Shown here piece by piece: positions 1-12,089 of a DNA stretch of 64,000 nucleotides. How positions within the stretch are numbered: position 1 is the first letter of the stretch; every line of letters starts with the position of its first letter. This DNA is from Octopus sinensis (Eukaryota), in NCBI RefSeq assembly GCF_006345805.1, contig NC_043014.1, forward strand, positions 28,892,001-28,956,000, given 5' to 3'. A program made the translations under genes and the position numbers. The notes under the pieces are model-generated. The model searched no databases. It was not told where the DNA came from and was given only the letters and a program-made list of their open reading frames with translations.

Positions 1-234
1 TCATCCCTAACATCGTTTGCTGATGGTGATCCTATCTATCTTGCGGCAACGCCACCTACTGTTGTTTTTGGTGACAACATCAGCAACACCTCCACTACTA
101 TAGACAACACCAGTAGCTGCTGATATGCGCACAAGAAAAGCATAACCATTGTTGTCGGCAACGCCATCAGCAGTGGTAATAGCAGAAGTAAAAAAGATAA
201 AGTCGCTCTCACTTGAATCATGAAGTAGTACTAA

Positions 235-620
235 ATGAAAACCTCTATAAGCAGCAATAGTTGCAACAACACTTTCACCGATAGACTGCTATCATTTTTG
301 CCACCAACAAGGAACCTATCTCCTTCACCCAAGTCAAGAAGTAAATGGTACACTCACTCACGAACAAAGAAGCCTTCAGGAAAAATGTACAAAGCCTGCA
401 TTGTCCGACTTGGCATGTTAGTCCTGCACATAACCACATACAGATGTGACAAGAAAGAAAGTAAAATATATGCCATCCCCATTTCAGCAAAAACCGAAAA
501 TACCTTAAGAGTGTATAGGTGCCATACACAGAAATAAATGAGAAGAAATATGAGACAGAATAGGTTTTATGCACCAATGAATACCAGGCCATGAAACTTT
601 CAACCATAATTTGCTCATTT
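235..620 (+). mobile_element. Possible highly degraded LINE (RT C-terminal region, Jockey/I-like)
   Basis: The frame MYKACIVRLG...ENTLRVYRCHTQK loosely resembles the post-RT region of LINE ORF2; similar in character to 10250-10950. Weak. Confidence 0.25.
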
Positions 621-884
621 ACCGCGTACATTCTACCCCAGTTCTATAAAGGGCATTGTGTCTTCAAAATGAGAATAAATTGTTACCGTGTATAGATATT
701 AATGTTTTGTTAATGTTGTTAAATGGGCATAAATACATTGATCTCCTGCCAGAACTGTTCAAAAGTTCAGATAGAAATAACCTACAAATCTCCTGGAAAC
801 CTCTAATCTTATTTATTTCAAGAATCTGATTCAAATGAGTATTGTGGAAAAGGACAGGAAAATTCAGAAGGCCAGAATTGTCAG

Positions 885-1290
885 TAAACGAGGGGACGTT
901 GCCGGTTCGCAATAAACTGTACAGGCAGTGCAATGCTGTCACCTGGGCCTCTCTCAGATGTGCGTAGTGCGACAAAACCGTCCTGCATTCACTTGAACAT
1001 TGCCTGAGCATCGTCAGCTTGTGCAGCTATGTCGAAAGCTACTACCGTGTGTAGGGTGGATCCATATATCAGATCACTAGTATGTGAAGATGACCTTGCT
1101 GCTTATCTTTGCTGAGAAGGGCAAGCACTTTTCGTCTGCCTGGAGTCTATGGCGTAAGAGTTTGTGTGATGGACGAAACTGAAAGGAATAAAGATAGATA
1201 TTTTTTCTTTGGCCAAGCCCTCACCGACATTTTAAAATTACTTACGAAAAGGAAGATGAAAGTAAGAGGAATATGCTGCCTCCAGTGCAT
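885..1290 (+). mobile_element. L1/Tx1-clade LINE ORF2 C-terminal (zf-RVT) remnant
   Basis: Interrupted translation GTLPVRNKLYRQC...LRCA*CDKTVLHSLEHC, then EGQALFVCLESMA*EFV*WTKLKGIK, matching the Tx1-type LPVRDKL...CPRC...ETVLHAL..C knuckle; multiple stops. Confidence 0.6.
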
Positions 1291-1316
1291 TTGCTGAAAA
1301 GCATGGCCCTACATGG

Positions 1317-1400
1317 CTTGACAACTGATGCTGGTGTGTTTACGTCCCCGTAACTTAGCGGTTCGGTTTAAGAGACCGATAGAATAAGTACTTGAGAGAA
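1317..1400 (+). mobile_element. SINE family A 3' fragment
   Basis: gcttgacaactgatgctggtgtgtttacgtccccgtaacttagcggttcgg...gaccgatagaataagtact; same sequence recurs at 2660-2870, 25040-25260, 44010-44190 and 59270-59500. Confidence 0.8.
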
Positions 1401-1402
1401 TA

Positions 1403-2150
1403 AGACAGAGGAGACGAATGTTTGCTGTCATTGCTGTCTTTGTTGTTGTTGTTGTTGTTGCTGATGCTATTGTTATTGTTGTTGCTGAAGGTCACCTATC
1501 AATAGTACCCTTCGTGGTAGATGTGACTCAGGATCTGTGGTGTTTCTTAGTAAAGAGTAAAGAGTAAAAAGAGTAAAGAGTATATACATCCCTTTGATTT
1601 CTGAGTACAGTTTCTGGCACAGTATACACTTAGCTTTATATCCTTCACGAGTCGATAAAATTAGTACAAGACAAGTATTGAAGTTGATTTAATGCACAGT
1701 TATCTCCCCACAAAATCTGTGTTGTCTTGCAAGAAATCGTTATCATATTTCGGTATTTGTTTGCTTGTACGTTTGCTTGCTTGCTTGTGTGCGCGTGTGT
1801 GTACGTGCGTGCGGTTGGAGAAAAGGGTTAATCAATTGAACAGAACTCCCTATAAATTTTTCTTCAGCGAAACATTAAAGGAATAACTTGTCGTGTCATC
1901 CAGCCATTCATCTAGAAGACGATTTCATTGCACCAATAACACGGCGTCCTTTTTTCACACACACTCCGCAAGGATTGTCGCCATTTTGATTCTTTGATTC
2001 ACAATTGATTTTATTTCCCATTTTCAACGAAGACTAATGGGCTGTGACGTCATGGTTGCAGAAAGAGACAGAGCAGACGAATGTTTGCTGTCATTGCTGT
2101 CTTTGTTGTTGCTGTTGTTGCTGATGCTGTTGTTGTTGTTGTTGCTTCTG
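1403..2150. repeat. About 90-bp direct repeat (1403-1490 and 2062-2150) ending in a GTT/GCT microsatellite
   Basis: gagacagag(g/c)agacgaatgtttgctgtcattgctgtctttgttgttg occurs twice. Confidence 0.8.
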
Positions 2151-2649
2151 TTGTTGTAGCTGCTGTTGTTTTCATGATGATGATGATGATGATGAAGGTA
2201 TTGATGATGACAATGAATGACTAAGTGGACTACAACGATGACAGTAAAATCGACGATGACAGCTTCGACGATCATTAGGACGACGACGACGACGAAGATT
2301 TTGCTGATGCTGTTAGTGAATTTGAGGTAATTTTTCAGGTAGAATACATCTTTACACATATTTATATATCATATTATATTATATTATATTTTAATTTCTA
2401 ATGAAAATTATCTTTAGTTTAAGAATTCTAAAGGAAGATTGGGAAACCCATTCAGAAAGGCACCTTCGGGAAACTTCTTTCATACGTGCATATTCATTAT
2501 GCATATATAACTAAAACATTTTCTTTTTATAATCCCATCGTTTCATTAAAGAATCAAAGCACAAGTATCTAAAAGGTACCACTATACTGAAGTATTAGTA
2601 ACTAAATTGTCAGTTCAACCACCTACCCTGAAAATAAGAAATATGAAAT

Positions 2650-2868
2650 TCTCTTCTACTGTTTTACTCGTTTACTTGTTTCAGTCATGTGACTGCGGCC
2701 ATGCTGGAGCACCGCCTTTAGTCAATCAAATTGACCCCAGGACTTATTCTTTGTAAGCCTAGTACTTATTCTATCGGTCTCTTTTGCCGAACCACTAAGT
2801 TAAGGGACGTAAACAAACCAGCATCGGTTGTCAAGCGATGTTGGGGGACAAACACAGACACACAAACA

Positions 2869-2901
<33 letters not shown>

Positions 2902-3620
2902 CACACACACACACACACATACATACATATATATATATATATATATCATCCTCATTGTTCGACCGTGGTCGAGACAATGGAATTTATTATGTTACGCCAG
3001 ACTTCACGGTCCATCATTGCATTACGGAGGCCCTATGGCTGGATGCCTGTATCCCTGGAGATTGCATCAGGGTAGGAGAGTGTGCGCCCTCTGGTATCGC
3101 GAGCAGATGGCTTCCAGAGAAGAGTAGAAGAGTAGAAACCTCGTTTTCAGCTCTACAACAATGTAGAGCAAACTGGACTCTTCTACCTTTCACAAGAGAT
3201 GATACAGGTGGTAGTTTCCCATATATTTGTACTTTGGTTGGATGACGCTTCCACGAGAGATTTTGAGCTCTCATAAGGAGGCGAGTGTAAGTTCCATCCA
3301 ACCGCCTCTCAAGCTTCTTTGATAACGTCCAGGTTTCTGAGCCATATAGTAGAATTGGTTCGACTGTGGCTTTGAAGATTTTAAGTTTGAAATCTCTACT
3401 TAGATTTGATGACAAGATCTAATGCATATCATTACAGGCTGATATACATATATACGACGAGCTTCTTTCAGTTTCCGTCTACCAAATCCACTCACAAGGC
3501 TTTGGTCGGCCTGAAGCTATAGTAGAAGACACTTACCCAAGGTGCCACGCAGTGGGACTAAACCCGGAACCATGTGTTTGGTACGCAAGCTACTTACCAC
3601 ACACTCACTCCTGCGCTCCT
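2650..3620 (-). mobile_element. SINE family A (tRNA-derived head, CORE-like domain, internal CA/TA microsatellite), interrupted by an RTE fragment
   Basis: Minus-strand head with A/B-box-like tRNA region and caccttgggtaagtgtctt CORE-like motif at 3450-3620; tail at 2650-2870. Confidence 0.85.
2946..3430 (-). mobile_element. RTE-clade LINE 3' fragment
   Basis: ORF 3014-3415: KLKIFKATVEPILLYGSETWTLSKKLERRLDGTYTRLLMRAQNLSWKRHPT, the canonical RTE post-RT motif (LLYGSETWTL). Confidence 0.9.
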
Positions 3621-4796
3621 TTCTAATGAAAACTATCTTTCATTTAAGGAAGATTAGGAAACTCATTCAGAAAGGTGTCTTCGGGAAAATTCTTACATAC
3701 TTGCATATTCATTATGCAGGAATATGTATATATAACCAAAACATATTTTCTTTTTATAATCCCATCGCTTCATTAAATTAATCAAAGCACAAGTATCTTA
3801 AAGATATCACTATACTGAAGTATTAGTAACTAAATAGTCAGTTCCACCACATACCCTGAAAATGAGAAATATGAAATATATGACAAAAAGAGGAATGGAA
3901 GAGACTAATATTGTTCATTTAACGACAATTTTGCTGAAAAAGCAATTAGTAATTATCACTCTATATCCTTAAATTAGTTACGAAAAATCACGTCGTTACA
4001 TAAAGACTATATAGAATATATCTATTGAATTACTACCAATAAAATCGACATTACAAGATCGCATTTCCTTAGACAATAAGAGACAGTTTCTGCGAATGCA
4101 AGCTACCTGATAGATGAAGTAACTAAATTTACCTTACATCACAACGTACCGTTCTACAGTAGGACAGTCACTCTGGAATGACGAGCTCGAGTGGGTGTGC
4201 CAGTGGAAAAGGATGAAGAACAATTTCCGAAGCGTTTGTAAAATCGAATCTTCGACCTGAACACTTGGCTGCACATGTTCACGCACGCACACACACACAT
4301 ACAGACACACACACACACACATACGTACACACACGCAAATTTATATATTATATATATGTATGCATATACATATATGATAATGGCCACACACGCCGATTTC
4401 CACGCATGACTGTTTGAAGGAAAAGATGAAAAAACCCCAGAAAAGCTGCATTTATTTGCAATGGATGTATGAATGCAATTTGAGTCCAGTTACGGATTTT
4501 GATATGAAAACACAATGAGGACAACAATGGTTTTGATTTTGCCTGGAACTGGACAAATATGTATGTTGATTAGAGAATATAAATATATTAATGTTTGTTT
4601 CAAACTTTTTACATGCATCATGACACATTTTACGTCATACCGATCGATGTTGGCAATAATTTTATCATTATGATAAATTAAGCTATAGGGATTTTTAGTA
4701 TGCGTTTTACCTTAGCTTTATACCTTAGCAAGGGTCTTCCTTTACCACGGAATAACCCTACATATATATAAACACGTGCATATTCACACACACACT

Positions 4797-4859
<63 letters not shown>

Positions 4860-4861
<2 letters not shown>

Positions 4862-5285
4862 AAATGGAACAAGAACGCAAACATCCAGATAGTTAGGTGA
4901 TACAAAAAAGGGACAACAAAACAACGAGATAGACGATACAAAGAAAACAAGTACGGGTCATTCGGGGTTTTCTTTCCTCAGTTGAGTTCCAGATTATCTT
5001 TGCAATTTCAGCTGGTTATACTCGAGAGCGTTCCAATCTGGCCAGCCCCCAAGAAAAAACTAAGCTAAGAGCATTAGATTCCTTGGAAGAAAGCAGCGAC
5101 TGTATACGAAAACTGTGTTGTGTCTGGGGAGAGTCTTTCTCTTTTGGTGCCTTATAATGTAACACACTCACTGATAAGATTTCCACTCATTTACTTATTT
5201 ATTTTTCTAAAATTTTCGTTGCGTCTTGCAAACTTTTCAATAGTTGTTGACTCTGTCCGTTATTCAAGCTGCGCTCTTTTTGGTT
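4860..5285. mobile_element. Unclassified interspersed repeat, possibly a Penelope-like terminal region
   Basis: Non-microsatellite block bounded by TA and TG microsatellites; resembles an octopus repeat as I remember it; no diagnostic ORF. Confidence 0.3.
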
Positions 5286-5478
5286 GTACGTATGTGTTTG
5301 GGTCAGTGTGCGTAGGCATACACATGTATGTATGTGTGTGTGTGCATGTATATATGCATGTATGTGTGTACGTTTGTATGTAACTACTCTGCATATTCAT
5401 GTGTCTGTGTATTTTTCTATGTGTGTGTGTGTGTTTGCATATGTAGCTCTCTCTCCTTGTGACTCTGTACTGTGTATC

Positions 5479-5709
<231 letters not shown>

Positions 5710-6472
5710 TCTGCCAACAAACCCTGAAATTTTGGGGAGCGTGTAGATAGATTTCATCGACCAAGTATTCCTCTCGTACTTTACTTTAATTAATCCAAAA
5801 GGATTAAAGGGGAAATCGACCTCAGAGGAATTTGTATTTAGCACGTAAAAATGGTCGAAATGCCGCTAAACATTTTACCCAGTGTGGTAAGAATTCTACC
5901 AGCTCACCTCGTTAATAATGATAGTAGTTCCAAATGCATAGGACCAGCAGTTTCGGGGGAAGAAAATTTGAACTCAGAACATTAAATAATAATGGTGACG
6001 ATGGTGAAGCTGATAATGAAGATGCGGTGAGGTGATTATATGCGTTCAATAAATATCTCTCATTTGTAATTTATTATAATTAATACCTAGTTATTAATGA
6101 AACTTTCTCTCGATTAGGGAGAGCAAATGTCGCTAAGCATTTTGCCCGGCGTGCTACCGCCTTAATAGTAATAATAAGGGTTTCGAATTTTGCCACAAAG
6201 GTAGCAATTTTAGGGGAGAGGATGAGTCCATTACATCGACCCCAGTGTTCTACTGGTACTGATTTTAACGACCCAAAATGGTGAAAGATAAAGTTGAATC
6301 CTTTCTACTATAGGCACAAGGCCTGGAAATTTGTGGGAGGGAACTAGTCAATTACATCGACCCCAGTCTTTCACTGATACTTAATTTATTGACCCCGAAA
6401 GGACGAAACGCAAAGTCGACCTCGGTGGAATTTGAACCCAGAACGTAAAGACGGGCGAAATGCCGCTAAGCA
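5710..6472 (-). mobile_element. Cluster of SINE family B copies (tRNA head plus MetaSINE-like central domain)
   Basis: Repeated reverse complement of gcttagcggcatttcg...gttctgggttcaaattcc.ccgaggtcgactttgc.tttc.tcctttcggggtc.ataaa...agtaccag at about 5715-5910, 6100-6290 and 6300-6470. Confidence 0.8.
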
Positions 6473-6523
<51 letters not shown>

Positions 6524-6560
6524 TAATAATAATAATGACAATAATAATAATAATAACAAC

Positions 6561-6598
<38 letters not shown>

Positions 6599-6603
6599 TG
6601 ATG

Positions 6604-6640
<37 letters not shown>

Positions 6641-6646
6641 TAATAA

Positions 6647-6689
<43 letters not shown>

Positions 6690-6717
6690 AATAATAGTAA
6701 TAATAATGATAATAATA
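6473..6717. repeat. (AAT)n microsatellite
   Basis: Direct reading. Confidence 0.98.
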
Positions 6718-6799
6718 CAATCAGGAAAAATGGCCGGTGACACGCACTAAAAGATTGCAGACATGTCATAAGGAAAAAGTTGGTCAGTAAGAATAACTG

Positions 6800-7828
6800 C
6801 CAAGAGAGAGAAAGAAAGAAAGAGAGAGAAAGAAAGAAAGAGAGAGAGGAAAGAGAGAGAGAAACACAGACAGACAGAAAAGAGGTAAAAGGGGGGGAAA
6901 TTAGAATAAAGTAGGAGAGGAGATAAAAGATGTGCGAAAAGTTGGGTGGGAAGTGGAAAGGATGACATAATATAGGAGACAACATAAGGAATAGAGGAAG
7001 GTGGATAATGACAACGAGTGAATGATGATAGATGAGTAATGTGGTGGTGGTGGTGGTGGTGGTGGCGGTGGAATGAGCGGGAGAAAGAGGAAGAGGAAGA
7101 GGAAGTTATAGGAAGAGTGAAAGGCAAAGGTGGAAGCAAAATATGAGAGATATCCACACAAACACACAAACACAGGGATATATGTATATATATATTCAGA
7201 GAGAAGCAGGTAGAGAGGCAGAGAGAGAGAGAGAGAGATGCAGGTAGAGAGGCAGGGAGAAAGGCAGGTAGAGAGAAAGAGAGAGAGGCAAGGTAGAGAG
7301 GTAGGTAGAGAGGCAGAGAGAGAGAGAGAGAGGCAGGTAGAGAGGCAGAGAGAGAGGCAGGTAGAGAGAAAGAGAGAGAGGCAAGGTAGAGAGGCAGAGA
7401 GAGAGAGGCAGGTAGAGAGGCAGAGAGAGACAGAGAGAGGCAAAGAGAGAAAAAGAGAAGGCGACAGATAGATAGATAGATGGATAGATAGATAGAAAGA
7501 GAGAGGGAGAGAGAGAGAGAGAGAGGGACAGAGAGAGACAGACAGACAGAGACAGAGACAGACACATAGAGATAGCGAGACAGATTGACAGAGATAGAAT
7601 GATAGACAGATCGATAGTGAGAGAGAGAAGGGGGAGGGAGAGGGAATATTGAACAAAAAGAAATAATTGTATAGCATAATAAATGAAGTTATCTAACAAC
7701 AAATAAATAATCAATCTGTCTGTGTTACAATCAAGCTTCGTCTTTGTAACTGTCATGACCGTCAGCATGATCGTCTGCCTCTCTTTCCCCCCTCTCCCTC
7801 TATTGTCTGTCTATCAATCTCTTCTTCA

Positions 7829-7865
<37 letters not shown>

Positions 7866-8560
7866 AGCCCCAGTCTGATTCTTCGTCTGACAGTATGACC
7901 TTTTTGTCTTTCAATATTACCGTTTGTCTGTCAGTCTGACCCTAACTTTGTTAGACAGATTATGTCTCTGTTAGTCTTAACCCTCCCCACCACCACTTTC
8001 TTTCTTTGTTAGTCTGATACACCGTCTCTCTTTCTCACTCACTCTCTCTTCCTCTCTCTCCCTCTCTCTCTCTCTTTATCTCTGATCCTCTTACTGTTAC
8101 TCTGTAATTTCTTCTCTCTCTCTCTCTCTCTCTCTCTGACACACACTCTCTGTCTGCTAATCTATTCCTCCCTCCCTCGCTTTTTCCCTAACACCCTGCC
8201 TGACTCTCTCCCTCCCTCCCTCTTTCTCTTTGTTAGTCTGAATCTCTTTCTCAATCTCTCTTTTCCATTGTCTGTCTCCCTTTCTCTGTCCCCGTCTCTC
8301 TCACTCTCTCTCACTCTCTCTCTCTCCTGCTCACTCTCCGTCAAGCTCACCTTCTCCCTTTGATTGTCTGATCCTCTATCCCTTTGACCCTCTCTGTTTT
8401 AGTCTGATCATATCTCAGTCGATCTGACCCTCTCTTTGTCAAGCTCACCATCTCCGTGTCAGTCTGACACTCTCTTTCTCTGACCATCTCAGATACTTTA
8501 AACCTCTTCTTTCCTTGTCAGATTCTCTCTTTATTAGCTTGAACATCTCTTTCCTTTCTC
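6800..8560. repeat. GA-rich then CT-rich low-complexity tract with (GAGAGGCAGGTA)-type and degenerate tctgac/tctgat units
   Basis: Direct reading; source of the SLSL/ERER ORFs. Confidence 0.9.
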
Positions 8561-8656
8561 TCTCCATCTCTCATATTTCATTTCCCTCTCTCAGTTTGAT
8601 TCGCCACCGTCTTCCTTTATTCTTCTTTCTTTCTGTTCCGTTTACTTCAATTGCAG

Positions 8657-8719
8657 ATCCGACACTGAAACCCAAGACCTTTCCGCCAAAGTTGATGACC
8701 CATATAAAAACATGAGCAG
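8657..8719 (+). CDS. Candidate internal coding exon (63 nt, phase 2-2): SDTETQDLSAKVDDPYKNMS
   Basis: Long pyrimidine tract ...ttcaattgcag| and CAG|gtattt donor; the phase-2 frame is open and the other two frames hit stops. Protein not recognised. Confidence 0.5.
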
Positions 8720-8949
8720 GTATTTTTTCTCCTCTTCTGGTTTCTTGTGTGTCATGGACCAGTGCCCCTTGAATAAACCCCATAAGAATTTAAAATAGGG
8801 AGATGGAAGAACGTCTAGGAATAAAAAAAAAATTAGGAATATTTCGTGTGTATGTATGTACATGCTTGTGTGTGTGTGTGGTGTGTGTGTGTGTGTGGGT
8901 GTGTGTGTGGGTGTGGGTGTGGGTGCGTCTACACATAAATACCTACATG

Positions 8950-9175
8950 AAGTTTTGATTTCGATTCCCGGACCGAGTTGTGTGTTGTGTTCTTGAGCAA
9001 GACACTTTATTTCACGTTCTTCCAGTTCACTCAGCTGTAGAAATGAGTTGCGACGTCACTGGTGCCAAGTCGTATCGGCCTTTGCTTTTCCCTTGGATAA
9101 CATCGGGGGCATGGAGAGGGGAAGCTGGTATACATGGGCGACTGCTGGTATTCCATAAGTAACCTTTGCGTATAT
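8950..9175 (+). mobile_element. SINE family D, 5'-truncated
   Basis: ttcgattcccggacc...ttcttgagcaagacactttatttcacgtt.tccagttcactcagctg; matches the fuller copy at 19612-19950. Confidence 0.85.
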
Positions 9176-9222
9176 TTTGTATGTAGTGGCACACAATGTC
9201 TGCGTGTGTCTGTATGTTTCTG

Positions 9223-9356
<134 letters not shown>

Positions 9357-9479
9357 CGTGCATAAATGTTGAACGATGATAATGAGTGCTCGACACCGCA
9401 TTGGTGGACAGAATTTGCTAAGAGAAAACATCTTAATATTTTAGCAATTATTTAAGTCAAACGCATGGAGGACATATGT

Positions 9480-9710
9480 ATGTGTGCGTGCGTGTCTTCG
9501 TCTTTGTGGATATGTCCCCTACCCCGTTTGTCAACTTGTGTTGTTTTGTTTACGTTTTTGTAACATAGCGGTTCGAGATAAACGACCAATATAATAGCTA
9601 CCAGGTTTAAAATGTAATTACTGTAGTCGGTTCATTCGACTAAACTCTCCAAGGCGTGACCACAGTATGGCCACAGTCCAATAGCTGAAACAAATAAAAG
9701 ATAAAAGAAA
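9480..9710 (+). mobile_element. SINE family A tail, diverged
   Basis: gtttacg...gtaacatagcggttcg...cagtatggccacagtccaatagctgaaacaaataaaagataaaag. Confidence 0.7.
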
Positions 9711-9829
9711 AAATATAAAATATATATCTTATATATCAATTTGGAAATATATATCTGTTTGGAAATAGATAAATTTGAGAACAGGGATTGGTAGATGAAC
9801 AACTAACTATTATTATCAATTTCAGATTA

Positions 9830-10030
9830 ATATTGGTTTCAAATTTTGGCACTAGCACAGAAATTTCAGGGAAATTATATCGATTATATCGATCCCAGTG
9901 CTCAACTGCTACTTATTTCGTCGACCTCGAAAGAATAAAATTGGTTTTGGTGAAATTTGAACTTAGAACCTAGGGACAGTCGAAATGCCGCTAAGTATTT
10001 TGTCCGGTGTTAACGATTCTACCAGTTCGC
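9830..10030 (-). mobile_element. SINE family B
   Basis: gatcccagtgctcaactgctacttatttcgtcgacctcgaaag...gaaatgccgctaagtattttgtccgg. Confidence 0.8.
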
Positions 10031-10249
10031 CGCCCTGTTTCAGATTAATACCATAAAGATTACAAAAGAAATATATTGAATGGTAAGATTTGAACTTGAA
10101 GGTCCGTGTTGCAGATTCGATTTTCGGAAAGGGTTACTTCACTTCCATTTTAGAAGGATTCATATTTGGCATGTTTAAAAAATAACAAAGCTTGCAATTG
10201 AAGAATAACGATTGGTTGAAGCTGATCCGAGAAATTGAAGTCGACACCA

Positions 10250-10950
10250 AAAATGAAATATATGCCACATATCCATTACTCCCTCAATGATAACATCCAG
10301 TTACAAGATAATAAATTGAAAACTTAAACATAGACAGCTAAAACAAAACAAAGATTTAGATAAGACGTATGTGGCACATGATGTCAAATGCTTTCTAGCT
10401 TACATCACTAGGCGTACAGGAATTCTTACAGAACTACAGATATCCTATGTACCATCTACAATTAAGTAGGGTGGATATTGACGCCTACCTTTAAAGAAAA
10501 CAAGACATCGTAAAAACAATAACACCAGAAAACGACAATGTTTATTAGAAAAAAACAAACAGTTTTATATGTCTAGAAGCAAAGAAATACTTATAAGAAA
10601 CAAGCATATCATTATCATCAACAACGCACAATAGACAGATCCATAAACAGACATACACGCACACTCGTACAAGTAGAAGCAAAATTACTAAAAAGTATAA
10701 GGCATAGACATACCACCAATAAAACGCATAAGAAAATAGAAACACAATTACCAAGCAACATAAATAGACCAGACACGAAAAGGCAAAATGGGAAGCATGA
10801 TTACTACATGATGAGAATTTTGAAATGACAGACAAGATTGTGTGTGACAAAGCGCACATCATTGATAACTGAACAACTCTGACCTAAAAGAACTTATAAA
10901 ATCTATCGAGTATCAAAGCTTCTCAACAAAACGCACGTACAGATCTGTGT
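10250..10950 (+). mobile_element. Possible degraded LINE RT C-terminal remnant
   Basis: A-rich; broken frame SYVPSTIK*GGY*RLPLKKT loosely like (T)YIRPILEYG. Weak. Confidence 0.25.
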
Positions 10951-11329
10951 GTATGTATGTGTACAAAAACACTCCATACATATAAAATAAATTTTGAGTC
11001 ACATGTGCTACCAATATGAGAAGGCAAAAACATAGTGTTTTGGCAGCGTAGTCAAGTTTAAATGGCATCGCAGAAATGACAGAATGGCTAGCTAGCTCAA
11101 CCGGAAAGTATGCAGACAGCTGAACATGAAAATGTAAGCGAAATGGTATTTATTTAATGCTGAGCCAATAGCAGAAATGTGTAAGGCAACTTTCCTCTGC
11201 AACACGTAGATTCGTAGAGTGAAGGAAGTGAGAGTTTATCACCAAGTAATTATCTTCAAAGACAAATATTCCAACAGCTCATTCTGTTCAGCAAAATTTC
11301 CCATTAGATACCAATGAACACAAAGTCCA

Positions 11330-11690
11330 TCCCCTCTTCACCGTGGTGGGGATGCTGGCAACGGGTCGTGTCAGAGCTATTCACGGTGGGGTCACCCAAG
11401 GCGGATTGATCTGACACCGAGTGGTATTAGGACCACAACCCGGCAGACGGGGCTCTGGTGAAAATCCTCGGAGTGTCTGCTTCGGCAACCGCCGGCTCCT
11501 CTGTCGTTCTGTCCCTGCGTCTGCGGACAATCTGCGACAAACAGGATGTCTCCACATGCGGGATTATTGGGGACCGATTGTGAAATCCACATATTCCCAC
11601 GAAACTTCTTCCATGAGTAGAAGAAGCTGACTCAACCCGCCCAGGGTGAATGACGCCACAAGTACAAGTAAGTAAGTAGTTGCACGGTGG
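11330..11690 (+). mobile_element. GC-rich non-autonomous RTE-like element (5'UTR-like head plus (GTAA)n tail)
   Basis: Head ccgtggtgggg...ggtggggtcacccaaggc resembles RTE/Expander 5'UTRs; ends caagtacaagtaagtaagta; no ORF. Confidence 0.5.
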
Positions 11691-12089
11691 CATGGAAATA
11701 AAGAAACATATTTTTATAGCAGGGAAATGAAAGATAGCCTACTAGAGACAAAAATTAATTACGAATACCTTGGTGTAAATTATATTAAAGATTATAAAAC
11801 GCAATCTGACAAAGAAAACAGAAACAAGAGATTAAAAATGGAGTTTCTATGGGAGTTCGGTAAGTTCAATTGCCGCTAGGGATGGAGAATCTAATGCTTT
11901 GTACAATTGTCTCTTGTCACAGAGCGAGGAAGAGAGGGAGGGAGAGAGAGAGGAGGGGGGGAGAAATGTGTTGTAATTTGGATTGTAGGCGAGTAGAGAA
12001 TTGAATATTATCACTCGGGTTGTGAACAAGAAAGAAAACTTAAGATTGTAAAGATAGGGTAACAGAAAACGAAAATTATATCCCCAAGT

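Larger units (their letters stand above)
2396..3877. repeat. About 255-bp diverged direct repeat (2396-2649 and 3621-3877) flanking a SINE
   Basis: Both copies run from ttctaatgaaaa.tatcttt to ccctgaaaat.agaaatatgaaat. Confidence 0.9.

Noticed and set aside
664-1011. 115-aa minus-strand ORF as a host exon
   Set aside because: Its 5' part is the antisense of the Tx1-like remnant; no recognisable domain or convincing splice sites.
4940-5010. Hammerhead at minus-strand CTGAGGA-aagaaaac...gttttctt
   Set aside because: A helix II is present but it is followed by GTAT rather than GAAA, and no helix I or III was found.
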